The notes: a model not told the origin generated them from the letters alone. A stretch of DNA of 63,641 bases, filler included, from Basidioascus undulatus (GCA_000826855.1; 7 parts of 7 records of this genome joined end to end with filler, not necessarily neighbours in it); one strand, 5' to 3'; positions 51,035 through 63,641 are shown, numbered from the whole stretch's first letter. A program made the numbers and translations.

Positions 51035-54000
51035 ATGCCCTCATCAACCAGCGATGCTGCTTCCCTGAAGGAAGCAGACGTTTCCGCGCTCGATCTGGAG
51101 GGGCTGCCTCCTTCCTACGAAGGGAATGATGACGGTGAGTGGTATACCCTGAGAGAAGCCAGGTAGAGGTACTGATTTAGATGCTTACCACCTTCGCAGG
51201 TCGACCTCGTCTGAGCGCGAGGCACCTTCAGTTCATTTCGATAGCGGGGATGTGAGCAGGCATTTTCCCTAGTACCTCGCTGGCCCGTGTACTGACTTGA
51301 TGCCTATGTGCAGGATCGGAACTGTACGTTGCACTTTGCCCAAGACTAGGGACTTGGCTCACCTTCCTTCTCCTAGGGTCTCTTCCTATCTTCGGGAAGC
51401 GCTTTGTCTACGGCCGGACCTCTTGGTGCGCTTTTGGGCTATATGCTGGTGAGATTCAGTGGAGCTGCGTGGAAAAAGAAAAGAAGCTTTAGCTTATATT
51501 TCTTCCTGCGCGGCAGATGGGCGTTATTACGGCTGCGGTAATTCTCCGTGCAGTGTCCCCTTTTGCGAGATAACAGCTAACGCTGTAAGTGGGTAGGTGT
51601 CCGTCACCGCTGGAGAAATGTCGAGCTTCATGCCCGTCAGCGCGGGTTTCGTACGGCATGCGACGAAGTTCGTGGGTCCTGCCGTGTACGTGCTCGCTCG
51701 GTCTGTGTCCTGTGGCGCTGCTAAAGCTGTTCGCGCAGAGGGGCCGCGACCGGATTCAACTTCTGGTACTCGATTGCAATCCAGATTGGAGTCGAGGTCA
51801 CTGCCTCCGCCATCTTGAGTTCGTCGGGACGGCATCAAGTTCGCAGACGCAATGCTGATCTACAATTGCCGAACAGTCTCGTACTGGAACGCCGACATCA
51901 ACAACGCCGTCTGTGAGTGTCGGCTACGAATCCCTGCTAGGAACAGTTTCTGACAGTCTCAACAGGGATTACAATCCTTGTAAGGGGAACTGACAATGGC
52001 CTTCAGTTGGCACCCTCTGACCAGAACTTTGTACGCAGCTCATTCCCATCTTTATCCTCAATCTGGTGGACGTCCGCTTCTTGTGAGTCTTGTCCCAATA
52101 GTCGAAGAGCTCCCCCAATGAAAATCTTTGACCTATTTTGCTACTTATCAAGCGGAGAAGCCGAGTTCGGGTTTGCTGCCCTCAAAATCTTGTAAGAAAT
52201 GTACCGGAATGCTGTGTATTCAAAGGCTGACCTGACACTACAAAGACTGGTTATCATCTTAATCATTGGGGCAAGTCTTCCTCTACTGTGCGCGAAGAAA
52301 TGGCGAAGTCCTAATTTGTTCTGCAGGGGTTGGTCGTGGATCTCGGAGGTGCGGCTGCCGCGAATCTACAATGCGTCTCGAGCTAACGCGTGCCACACAT
52401 AACAGGAGGACCGAACGGCGACAGAATTGGTTTCCGCTTCTGGAATGATCCTGGTGCGAGCGCTTGCCTTTTCGAGGAACCGCGGTAGCTGATTCACCTA
52501 CAATAAACCTCAGGCGCGATGAACAGCTACCTCGTTCCGGGTGCTTCTGGGCGTTTCCTGGGCTTCTGGTCCACTCTGACCAACGCAGCGTAAGAGGGAA
52601 AGCCTGTCCAGAGTGCAAGTAGCACGCTCATTGGGACTTTTGCTCTTCAGGTTCGCATACGGTAACGTCCAAATTGTTGCCATTGCGGGTGCAGAGACTT
52701 CCGATCCGCGTCGAGCCATTCCTAAGGCTGTCCGTCGCACGTACGTTAATGGTTTCCTTTCATTTAAAATCACACTTGTTTTGATAGTGATATTCCTTGC
52801 CACACCAGTTGGGTTCGTGTGGTGTTGTTCTATGTTTTGAGCATCCTCATCGTGGGCATGATCGTGCGGTCGGAGTACGCACACCACACTTTCTCTTCTC
52901 TTGTGAAGAGCTGACATCTCTTTGCAGCGATCCGAACTTGAACGATGGTAGCGGTACCGCCACTCAGTCGCCCTTCGTAGTGGCTTTCAACCGAGCGGGC
53001 ATTACAGTGCGTCGACAGCTATTTCACTTGTTCTGTTCATTCGCTAAACGTCTTGAGCCTTCTTCGTCTTCCAGGGATTCGCTCACTTCGTCAATGCGGT
53101 CGTTCTCACCGTAACTAACATTGAAGCCAACATTTCAGCGTCTGAGGCTGAGACTCTCTTTCTGGCAGTCTGCTTTTTCGTCCGGCAACTCGTGCCTGTT
53201 CATCTCCTCCCGCACGCTCGTTGGTCTTGCGGTGGACGGCCTTGCCCCCAAGCTCTTTACCCGCCGGAACCGTTTTGGATCGCCGTGGGTCGCCGTCTGC
53301 GGATCGGCCTGGCTCGGGTTGTTCGCCTACATGAGCTTGCAGTCGACCGCATTCGAGGTCTTCAACTGGCTCATCAACCTCTCGGCCATCGCTAGGTATG
53401 GGCAGTCTCTTGTTCCGGTTACCTTCGAGTGCATCGACTGAAATAAACTGGTTGACAATGTAGCTTGATCAGCTGGGCGATTCTGTGCTTTACTTACTTG
53501 CGCTTCCACCGCGGTCTGACAGTCCAGGGCCTCTCTCGGAATGGTGCGCAGTACAGCTCCTTGATGTCATGCGCAACGGTCTGACAGACTCTTGTATCTG
53601 TAGACCTGCCCTACAAGAGCCCTTTGCAGCCTTACACTGCCTTTTTTGGCTTCTTCATGTGCATTGTCATCACGTTCTTCTCTGGCTTTGCCGTCTTCTT
53701 CCCAGACAACTGGTCGGCGTCTGCGTTCTTTTCGTGCGTATCCGTCTTTCTCAGCTACCTTCTACTGTCCCCCATTGCTGACACTGAAAATGAGGCACTC
53801 GTAGGAACTATCTGAACGTCTTCGTCATCATCGTACTCTTCGCGATCGCTAAATTCGCCATATGGTGGTCCGACGGATTCATCCGGACTCGGAACTGGCT
53901 GGGGATGTGGAGCTTTGCCGGGGTTATTCCGGCTCGCGAAATGGACTTCTCAGAATTCGAGGCGATCCGGAAGGAGAACGAGAGTCGAGTCGAGAAGCCC

Positions 54001-54036
54001 CTGCGTGGGTGGACACGGTTATGGGATCTTATTTAG
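51035..54036 (+). CDS. Amino-acid permease (APC superfamily, YAT family), about 20 introns
   Basis: LSARHLQFISIAGMIGTGLFLSSG, GEMSSFMPVSAGF, GEAEFGFAALKI, IGFRFWNDPG, AGAETSDPRRAIPKAV, SPFVVAF, SSGNSCLFISSRTL and LPYKSPLQPY. Confidence 0.92.
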
Positions 54037-54822
54037 TCGAAGCGTACGAGGGCATGAATGATGCTATCTTTGTGAACTGTCCTGTTTCCGTTTCGGAATA
54101 GTATTTGGTGTGGGTATCAAAATCCCATGATATCGTTTAAGGGGCTGTTGTGATTTCCGAGGTGCACTGAAACGATGAGACAAAAAATGGAGTCATTGCG
54201 TTGTAAGGATTACAGTCAGTCTAATTACCCCGGTTAGAACTTGGTTGCCAAAGCCTCAAAAGCGGATTTCAGCGAGTGTTCTTCACAGTTCAAACAGTAA
54301 CAGGAGTAAAGCACCAGCGTTCTCGAGGGTGGGTGGCCAGCTCTGATAGGCCACGAAAATGTGGCCGCAGAGACGCGAGGAACTTAAGCATGTCGGAGAC
54401 AAGGAGCGCTGCACGTCGCAGTAAACCCGCAGCTGCTTGTGAGGTGGGCTTGCCGCAAATATCTGCTTCAATATCCCTACTGCTACGTTGGGAGTCTAAA
54501 TCCCAAAAATCGTTTTGGACAGTTAAGGGGGGCTTGCAGCTCAAGGGACGCAGATGGGAGGGGATGCTCGGTAGCGTATGTGTGAAATGTTGGTTCACGA
54601 ATCCCCTGCGCCATCTGTATTGTGAACATAGCGCTGGCCTAAACAAGAGCGTAAAATGGGCTGCTCCTCGCAAACTGCGGCATACACAGCCTTTCCGAGT
54701 GCTGCATTGCGTGAGTGCCTCGCATGAAGGAACGCCAACACACGCTGTTCAAACCATGCAGGAAGTCTCACAAAGTTGCATAAATTAATGTTCATCAAGC
54801 TCCGTTCGACGTGCTTCGGACA

Positions 54823-57309
54823 CTACTCGCTCATAGACGACAGCTTGCTCTCCTCGCCCAACATGACCCGCTGCGCCTTCACCTTCTCCACTTGCACCGA
54901 ACTACCCTTCACCGTGGCCTTCCTGCCCTTCCTCTTCTTCGCCGGGGTTTCCGCCACCTTCACTTCCGCCCCGTCCTCGGCCTTTCCACGCTTCCTCACC
55001 GGCCGCGCAGCCTCCGGGACCTCCTCCACTGGCTCATGGTCGTCCTCGTCCGGCTCGCCAGGGTCGATCCCCGCCTCAACGGCGGCGGATCCGTCGACTG
55101 CTTCTTCGGCCTTCTTCTTCCGCGGTGTGCGAGACTTCCGCCCATTCGTCTGCAGCGTCTCCACGTCGGCGGGCGGACGCAAGCTCTGCTCTCCACCGGT
55201 AGATGTGTGAGCAGCGCAGTTGCGGATGTTACTGTAGTGTGATACCGCACGCACCTCGTAGATGACTGGATGTAAGTTGTATATCCTGTAGAGCTCCAGA
55301 ACGGCCTGCTCCTTGTCTTTCGCCTGTCCCACAAAAGTCATCACAACATGTGTCAGCGATGCAGCTCGAAACTCGAAAACACGCCGAGGGGATGTACCTC
55401 AATCATAAGGTCTACTTCCACGCCGTCGGAGCAGAAACCCTCGGGTAGGCTCTTGCACCGATCCGAGTGAGTGCGCTTCTCCATCACGGTCTGTAGCAAG
55501 CAGCAAGCTATCATCAGCCGACCGACGGTCTTTCCTATGGTTTCAAATTCAACAAAAGAAGCTCTTACCTCGGCACCCGGACGAGGTTCGGAGAGATGTT
55601 GTTTCGGCTTGATGCCGCGCTTGGCCCACAGCGCGTTGATGCGGGGCAGCAGCTGCACCGGCGATAGCGAGGATGGATTGATCCAGTCGTGATCTGCCAA
55701 GAACATCGTGTTAGAATCAGACATCTCCTTCAAAGTACCCCCAGAAGAACTCACGCCAATCCAGGATGATGGGAATCCCGAGCTCTTCGCAGACGGGCAG
55801 GATGTCGTCGAGGTTGTAACAGATCTTTGCGGGACACTCGATAAGACAGCTGCGATCAGCAAGGTGTGTTGTCGCTAGCGCGCACCTCATCGTTTTCCAG
55901 GACCAGCCTATCCTTGACGTCCTGGCTGAGGCGAGTCTTCCAGTTCTCCTTGAAGCGCTCGATGGCCGCCTGCTTGTCGCCGTACACGCCGCCCATGTGT
56001 AGGATCATGACGGACTCTGGGCCGAGACCCTGTAAGACGCAGTTTCAGTCATAAAACTTGACAAACGCATCTCGAAAGTGCTCTTACCATCCGTCGCATG
56101 ATTTCCGCATGGTACTCGAGGTCCCGTACCGATGCATCGATGACATCGGGCTTTGGAGAGCCGAGCTGCGTGAACTGTGCCACATTGACTAGTAAGTACT
56201 TTGACTTTGAACTGAAGAAATACAGAGCTGTTGCGAGGACGAACTTGACCGGGATGTATGGTCAGCCTGTGGCCGTGCGCCTTGGCGTATTCGCCGACAG
56301 CCTGCCAAAGTAACTGCGATCAGCAACCCTACGAGCAGATAGCAAACAAGCGTACCTTCAGCTCTTCTTCCGCATACGCAAGCGTGTACCCATGGACCTT
56401 ATGGCTCGCGAAGGGGAACATCTCCGAGCTCATCCGCATGAACTTGATGCCGTTCGCCTTGTTCCACTGCGAGCAAGCGAAAGCGCGGCGTTAGCTTTCG
56501 AAACCGATTACGCATCGTGTGTCATGTAGTCGTACCTTGCAGAGCTCGAGGAGGTCCTTCACGTTCTGACTGCCCAGCTCTTTGGCGAAGTCGATGCCTT
56601 TTTCTGCGATGGTGGCGAGGCGGCAGGTGCTGAATTGAGGCAGCGAGACTGTGAGCAGGTGCGACGGCGCATCGCAGCCGCGGAGGCTGAAGACTACTCA
56701 CCGAGAGCAAAAGATTGGGTCGGGTTTCTTCTTTCGCAGTATCGTGTTGAGGCAGGCCTGCGCAGTCCCAGCGCTATGTCAGACACAGTAAGACCCAGCC
56801 GTTTCGCGGAGAGCTCACGTAGCCGAGCCGTCCTGTGTCCCCGCAGGCCGGTTAGCAAGCGCCCAAGCGAGAGAGGACAAAGAATGCAAAATCGCACCCT
56901 TCCACTCCGTCTTCTTCTTCATCTCCTCAGGTATAGGCGAAATGTTGTACACGGGCTCAGGCTTAGGCGCCCTCTTCTTGCGCGGCTTCTTCGCGGGCGT
57001 CTCAACGATCTCGCCATCCTTCTGGGGCCCGACCTCCTGCACCTCCTCCAGCGCCGCACCACCCGCCTTCTTCTCCCTCCCCCCACCCCGCTTCTTCTTC
57101 TCCAGCTCCGCTTCCCAGGGCTCGCCGGCAGGCTCCGCGGCCTCCCGCTTCTTGCCTCTCCCCTTCTTCGGTGTCGCCGCTTGGAGCGCCTCTTCAATGA
57201 CCTCCCTGCTGACGAACTCAACCTTCTCGTCGAGCGTGAGCTCGTGCGACGGGTCTTCGCGGAGCTTGGAGGAGGCTGCGACGGCGGCGGCGCGGGAGGG
57301 GCGAGGCAT
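54823..57309 (-). CDS. UVE1: UV-damage endonuclease (UvdE/Uve1)
   Basis: WKGRLGYACLNT, FCSRTCRL, FMRMSSEMFPFASH, HRLTIHPGQFTQLGSP, ILHMGGVYGDK, RLVLENDE, PKQHLSE, HSDR and DLMIEAKDKEQAV. Confidence 0.95.
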
Positions 57310-57934
57310 GCTGGGTGTGACGGCGCGGCGGAGGGTGTGCGTGAATGGGGTGCGCGTGTGGAGTGTTGAGGTTTGGCGTATGAATAGGCGGGAGGGAATG
57401 AGCGTGAACGGAGGCGATGAGAGTATCAAGGTGAAAGGCCGTCGAGCCTGAAGACGGGGGCGTCGATCTGCGAGCGAGCGAACGAAACGACGTCATGAAG
57501 CCAAGTCGAAAGCATCGGCAGTCTTGCCTTGTACTTGATACCCGCTTCTGTTCAAAGTCGTCAGGAATTTGCCTGATGTGAAATGGAAGCTGTATGTGGT
57601 TGTGAACAACACTCATCTTCCCGGCTTCCGTCGTGACATTGCCTGTCTGAGCAGCGCACTACAGCCTCCGCCCACTCCCAATCATTTCACAACGGCCGCA
57701 CCCTCCAATTCAAGACACCGTAACGTACGCAAGGCGCAGCACCATTTCAAAACGAATCATGCTCGAGCTCAAAGCAAATCGCAAGCACCCCTCTCATCTT
57801 CTCCCCATCCAAAGTCTACAGATTACTCATCCCGTTCCACCTCCCTTTCCCTCTCACATTCCTTCCCTCTCTTCTCTCTTCTCATCTCTTCATCACCTCT
57901 CCTCTCACCCCCTCCAACACTCCTAAAAGCGTAC

Positions 57935-60057
57935 TCAGAACTGTTGCCCGTCGCCCCGGAAGTCAGTCCTACGAACACCGGCAAATCGAAAACGGAGACG
58001 TCGAGAGGGGGCGGCGAAAGTGGGGGGAAGGGGGAAAGAGCAAGGTGGGAAAATGTGGACGAACCTTGAACACCTGCTCGCTCGAGTACCCGAGCTCCTT
58101 GAGCGCGCCCGCGAGCTCGCCCTGCTCGCCCTTCTTGGTCTTGGTGCCTGAGACGGCCTTCATCTGGCCGGGGGGCCCGCAGACCTGCGTGTGTGCGGTC
58201 AATTGATTAGCACAGGAAGGAAAGCAGGGTCGGGGAGGGGAAGGAGGGGGAAGAGGAAGGGGAAGGGAAGACGCACAAAGTTCTTGACCTTCTCGCCCTT
58301 GGACGGGTTGGGCAGGTGCTTCTTCAGGGTGTCGGCGTCGAGGTAGCCGGTGATGCCTGTGCCCCCGAGCGCCCACCGCAGATTCATCAGTTCCGAATCC
58401 CACTTGCCATTTCCCCTTCCCCATGCACACTGGGGAAACACAAGAGGAAGAGGGAGAGGGAGGTGGGGAAAAGACGCACCAGTCCACGTGTCCGGCGCCT
58501 TGTCGAGCGCGTACACGACCTTGAACCGGTCCGGGTGGTCCTTCGCGAACTGGTCAAACTCCTCGCGGAGGAGGATATCCGCCTCGGACTTGTTTGCGAA
58601 GAGCAAGGTGAGCTTCGTCTTATCCTCGGGGTTGCCCAGGGCGGTCTCGATAATCTCTGTTCAGACGCGCGCGCGTGTGAGTGTGTGCTAGGCTAGGTGC
58701 TGGGAGAAGAGAGGAGGTAGAAGAGGGAGGAAGGAGGAGGTGGGAGGAGGTGAGAGGTGGGAGGGGGGAAGGGGAGGGACGGACGGTAGAGCGGCGTACT
58801 GCGGTGCGGGCGGGGGGTTAGTGTGAGGAACCAGAGGACGAGGGATGAGGGGGAGAAGAACGCACATCCCCGAGCCACCGCCGATCAGGCCGATCTCCTC
58901 CCACTGGTTCGGCTTATATTGGACTGTTTCCCGTCACACACACTGCAGTTTAAGCTAACCTTTTTCTCCGGGGAAAGAAGGGGAATGAGGGGGAAGGACG
59001 ACCCACTCTTCTGGATCGGGCCCTTGATCGCGAGCTCATCGCCGGGCTTGAGGTTGTGGAAGTAGGGCTGTCGAGGGCGGGAGGAGGTGATCAGAGCAGA
59101 TCAAGGAGGGTTAGGGCAGGGGCGGGACACGCACGGTGAACTTCCCGTCGTCGTACTTCTTTACGAGGAAGACGAGCTTGCCGCGCTCGTCCTTGATGGG
59201 CTATTGTCCGCGGATTCCCGATCAGCAATCATCCAAGCCAGAAAGCAGATAGAAGGGGGAGGGGAAGGGACGGAAAGGGACGGAGGGGGAAGACGCACAG
59301 TGTAAGGCCGGATGACGGGCTTGCCGTTGTCGCCCTTCACCGCGTCGTCCGCGGACTTGACGACGACGAGCGAGGCGGTCTGGAGGCCGGAGACGGAGTT
59401 GCCCGGGAGCTATGCTCGGGGGGAGGAAGTGAGTGAGTAAATTTGCGTGGTGAGAGAGACTGGGGAAGGGAAGGGAGGGGCGAGGAGGGAAGACAAACCT
59501 CAAACTCGAAGATGGACGAGTCGTGGTTGTATGGGGTGACCTTCTTGAGCTTGAAGTTCTTGAAGGCCTCCTGTTCACGCCCATCCAAAAAAAAGGTGAG
59601 AGGGAGTAGAAGGAGAGGGTGAGGAGTGGGATATGGAGAAAGGGGAAGAGGGAAAGGAAGACGGACCTTGTCGAGCGCGACCTGGGCCGGGAACTTGCCC
59701 TCGATCGCGCGGTCCGCGTGCGGGGTGGACGCAGGGATGGGCCCGGCGGAGGAGCCCTTGTTGAGGTAGAGGTACCCCGCTGCAAGCGCCGCGGCGGTGC
59801 CGGCGCTGTTCACCCGCCCATCTCACTCTGTCAACGGCGAAGGAGATGGTGAGGGAAGGGAGGGAGAGACACGCACGCGCCGAGGAGGAGCGTGTTGGAG
59901 TTGTCCTTTTTGGGGGTCGCGGCAGAGTAGTTGCGGACCTGTTTCGTGCCGCGGAGACGCGTTGAGTGCGAGGGGAAGGGGAAGAGAAAGGGGAAGGAAG
60001 ACGCACCGAGCAGCGGGTCGCCTGGCGGAAGACGGGGGCGGCGCGGAGGAAGGACAT
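57935..60057 (-). CDS. MCR1: Mitochondrial NADH-cytochrome b5 reductase 2
   Basis: Presequence [73 protein letters not shown] and [14 protein letters not shown]. Confidence 0.94.
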
Positions 60058-60521
60058 GGCTGATGTGTGTGAGTCTAGGTGTGGAGATGCGTTGGTGGTG
60101 GTGGTGATGGAGAAGAGGCAAGAAGCAGGAGTGAGGGTGGTTGGAGCGATGGCAGCCCGTCGGCGGTGGTGTAAGCACCAGCGGGCGAAGACGGCGCTTG
60201 ACATTTCGCTGATGACGCATTTCCGGAGGCGCAGCTTGCGATCGCAAAGGGCGCGTTGGCTGCGTGTGTACTCGTGGTTTATTTGAGTACATGTTGCATG
60301 AAAGAAACAAATGCGGTATTCTGAGACAATTTCTGGTGCACTCGGGTGCGTGTAAGGGTCTTGTTTGGCGCTGTGAAAAAGTGAGTGATACTCACGACGC
60401 TGCGATCTTGACCTCATCTCGCTCGCTTCCCTTCCCATCCCACCGTCTTCCTCCTTCTCTTTCCCTCCTCCCGCTCTTCCCGCTTTAACCACCCCACCAT
60501 GCCCGCGCGCCCCCCTCTCCC

Positions 60522-60621
60522 NNNNNNNNNNNNNNNNNNNNNNNNNNNNNNNNNNNNNNNNNNNNTTAATTAATTAANNNNNNNNNNNNNNNNNNNNNNN
60601 NNNNNNNNNNNNNNNNNNNNN
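60522..60621. other. Artificial contig spacer
   Basis: N44-TTAATTAATTAA-N44. Confidence 0.97.
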
Positions 60622-60703
60622 AGCTCCAGCGTGCCTCGCCTGATGACCCAATGGACACAATCTCACCATTATCTCTACGCCCCCCCAGACATCCTTCGAC
60701 GCC

Positions 60704-61251
60704 ATGCCCCCTTCGCCCTTCCGCACCCTCGCCCTCTCCACCCTCTCCACCCTGACCTCCCACCGGCGCGCTACGCTCCCGGCGCCGCCTCCCCCAACGC
60801 TCCCCAAGCCCGACCCAGAGCCACTGCCGAGCAAGTTTGTCCTTCACCAGCGCCTCCCGCACGGGGACTATTTCACCTCGGCGAGCACGACCTCGGACCT
60901 CGACGCACGCCACGCCGCAGCGCTCGTTACCGCCCAGGCGACCGCGGTCGAGGTTCACGCTGCGCCGAGCGTAGGCGTCCCCCGCGAGGACGCGCCGACG
61001 CTGGGCGACGTGCTGGGGAAGCAGCCGTCCAGGACGGAACGGAAGAGGATCGCGAGGTCGGCGACGAAGGAGTTTGGGGGTAAGTTTTCCTTCCCATCCA
61101 TCCCTCATTCAACCAATCTAATGTCCTTTCTCTCTCCTCTTCCACAGTCGCCAACCTCTACTACGGCCCATACTCCTCCTTCGCGCCAACTTATGATTCC
61201 GCCTTAAAAGAGACTGTGTTGCGCATTATTTTTCGTCGCCAACGCTCTTGA
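60704..61251 (+). CDS. Partial or truncated gene with BRD7/9 DUF3512-like motif
   Basis: After the intron at 61080-61147 the frame reads VANLYYGPYSSFAPTYDS, similar to the LxYGPYSSxAPxYDS motif. Composition changes abruptly at 61204 and a stop follows at 61249-61251. Confidence 0.45.
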
Positions 61252-63211
61252 TTGCCAGAGCCAAGCTGGCTTCATTTCCATTATCGTACGACGTTTCATC
61301 CAAATGATCATGAGCTCCATGCAATCTAGGTGAAGATGATTCCCCCCCCGCCGAATGCGAACCTGAACTGATTCAGACGGGATACTACAGCGTACAGCCT
61401 AGCAGTCGAGCTACTCAATGACATCGTTGATAAACCGGAAGCACAGCACGAACGAAAGATCATCAGTCCCCACTCTTCCACATGGTAAATCTCGTAGCTT
61501 GAATGATCGTCTTCGATTTCGGTACCGGGCGCTGAGGAATGGGCGTCTCAATTGGCTTGCTCGTGAAATGTGCACCTCTCACGCTGGGACAAGAAGAGAC
61601 TGCGAGGTGCTTTCAAACCCTTGGTGGCTTAGGGTTCTGATAACTGGAGGCAAAGCTGTTAGTAGCCGGATGGGTATTGAGCGAATTGGACCGCAGCGGC
61701 GTCGCCGAGCGATAGTCTGAAGGACGCGGAAGGAATCAGTATAAGGTGAGGAGATGGCAGATGGTTATCCGTTGAGATAGAAAAGTCATTGAAGACCTAG
61801 TTGTAGCGATTCATGCTAAGAAGAATGCGACGAGCAGTCTCGCTGTGCTGCGTCCGGCAGGCTCGAGCGTGCGGATTCATAGGCACCGACGCAGCACGGG
61901 AAGCCACACTATGAAAGAGTCTCCTCAAACAGAGGTGTGAAGTCTCTTGTAAGCCTAGAAAGCAGGACGTCATTGCGAATGTCCCACTGTGATAGCATGA
62001 AGAGTGCCACTTGGGCGACATAGAACATTGCGCTCTGTGTTGTGAAAGTAAACGTGACTTCACTGAAAGTTCGGCCTGGGAGCTGGGGCAGGCGGCCCGT
62101 ACATTCGAAAGAGCAGCTGAACGACTTCGTGTGTCGCGTCGGGCCTCACGGTTGAGTTGCCTTCATGGGTGATAAGTTTGTGGTACGATGAGTTGAATAC
62201 TTATCTTTGTTCTCCACTTCCTGATCACTGACGGGGCCAGAAAACGAGCGCGGGTATGAGGTTCATGATGGCTGGGCGCACTTCAGTGAAATTCTGGGCA
62301 GGCCATATAGAGGCTGTTTCTCGGTCTGTTTAATTTTCGCAGTCTCTCTCTTTCTGAGAATCATTTGGATTTATCGAAGGCCGTATACGCCTTCACTGCG
62401 CTAGCTTTGCGAGGCAAAGGGGTGCGTAGGCGCTGTTTCGCGGCAGCGAGCGGACCTTTCGTCCGTCCCATTGGACAATTTGTTCGCCGGTTCTTTTTCG
62501 GTGCAGGTGTCATTCAGGTGGTTTATTTCAAGCCAGATTCCTGAGTATGTACAGCCAGTCAAATCGAACCAAGGACCGCCGGTGAAGTGCAAGAGGGAGG
62601 CACAGGCCGACGGCGCTGTCGGTCGCCGGCGAGCCGCCGACGACATCGGTTGAGCGAAGCGCAGCACGGCGTCTCGCCTCGAGCTCATCATCCTCGCCGT
62701 CGTTCACACCGCCGTTGCCAGGCGCTGAGCTCACTGGCACTATCGTCCTCCTCAGCTTGCACTCCTACCATCATCATCCCCAAGACCCACCCCGACGCCC
62801 CTCGGCGGTCCCCCTGAGTCGATTGATATAGGCGGCTGCGCGACACCCGCTGCCCCTGCGCCCTGCTTGGCCATACGCACACCTGGTCATTCGCGGTGCC
62901 TAGTTGGCGGCTTGTCGCTGGGTTATTGAAGCTTTCAAGGCGGAAGGACTACTGGATTGTTCGAACGAGCGCACGGGAGCGCGGGTATTGTGCAGGTGAG
63001 TCGGCGGTGGTCTTCTCTCGTGCTGTACGAGTGCCTGGGAGGCTCGGAGGGGGTGGCGTATTCTCCACCGCCTACTGCCCGGATATTGGCATTTTCTAGC
63101 CTAAATTTATCATTTTCCTCATTCACACACAGCGCAATCGCGGCGATCCGGCACAGCGGGTTTACGTCTACTTCTGACACTTCCCTGTGCTCTCCCCTCG
63201 CCTTGACAGAA

Positions 63212-63641
63212 ATGTCCTCCAGTCCGCCCCTTCCCCCTCCGCCGCCACTGCCGTCCAAGCCGAGCGCATACGCCTCCTCCTCGCCCTCCTCCTCGCGCCC
63301 ACTCCCGCCTGTGCGCCAGGACTCGTCCGACGTCCGCCTCGAGTCGCACTTTGCAGACGTGTACGCGACGCTTGACACCCTCGGAGGAGGAGGCAGGGAC
63401 ACGCCGGTGTCGCTCGCGGATCGGAGGGAGAGCGTGGACCCGCTTGATATCTACGCGCTGTACGCCAGGGGCGTCGACGGAGGAAGGATGAGCTTCGTAG
63501 AGCCCCCGCAACCTCCTCAGCAGCAGCCGAGGCGGGGCCTGCCGCTTCCCCCGGGGGCAGCACCCGTCGGTCTCCCACCTTCCCCGAGGCCGTACGTGCC
63601 AGGCGAGCATCTCCACAACGGGCACGGGCACGGGCACGCAC
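63212..63641 (+). CDS. Hypothetical Pro/Ser-rich protein, 5' part
   Basis: ATG just after an intron-like CTGAC...CAG, open to the window end ([18 protein letters not shown]...SVDPLDIYALY...), with GC-rich coding-like codons. Confidence 0.55.
   Translation, partial: MSSSPPLPPPPPLPSKPSAYASSSPSSSRPLPPVRQDSSDVRLESHFADVYATLDTLGGGGRDTPVSLADRRESVDPLDIYALYARGVDGGRMSFVEPPQPPQQQPRRGLPLPPGAAPVGLPPSPRPYVPGEHLHNGHGHGHA

Overview
Intron-rich, GC-rich fungal nuclear DNA, most consistent with a basidiomycete (short GT-AG introns with CTRAC branch points, CT-rich introns). The window is not contiguous. Six identical 100-nt spacers (N44-TTAATTAATTAA-N44) join at least 7 contigs, so adjacency across spacers is not biological. 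Recognisable content, by contig: (1) GH28 polygalacturonase 3' part, HEM1, PABPN1/Pab2, tRNA-Glu(CTC), OST4 (missed by the ORF track), EDEM/Mnl1 GH47, APT1, GH43, secreted LIP lipase, PEX11-family and RPB12; (2-5) RPB3 with a second identical tRNA-Glu, stand-alone NIF3-like domain, Pil1/Lsp1-like, carnosine N-methyltransferase and DUS3; (6) MFS sugar transporter, GCK-III kinase, taxilin/SUMO-like fusion, aldo-keto reductase, TIGR04076-like protein, membrane protein, amino-acid permease, UvdE and MCR1; (7) partial genes. The best candidate for an undescribed system is the head-to-head AKR / TIGR04076-like Cys protein pair with a neighbouring membrane protein and amino-acid permease (45-54 kb). 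Other leads are the taxilin-SUMO-like fusion, a hairpin enclosing the 5'UTR splice donors of HEM1, and a possible non-AUG mitochondrial isoform of UvdE. All family calls come from motif recognition by eye with no database search. CDS coordinates span introns.
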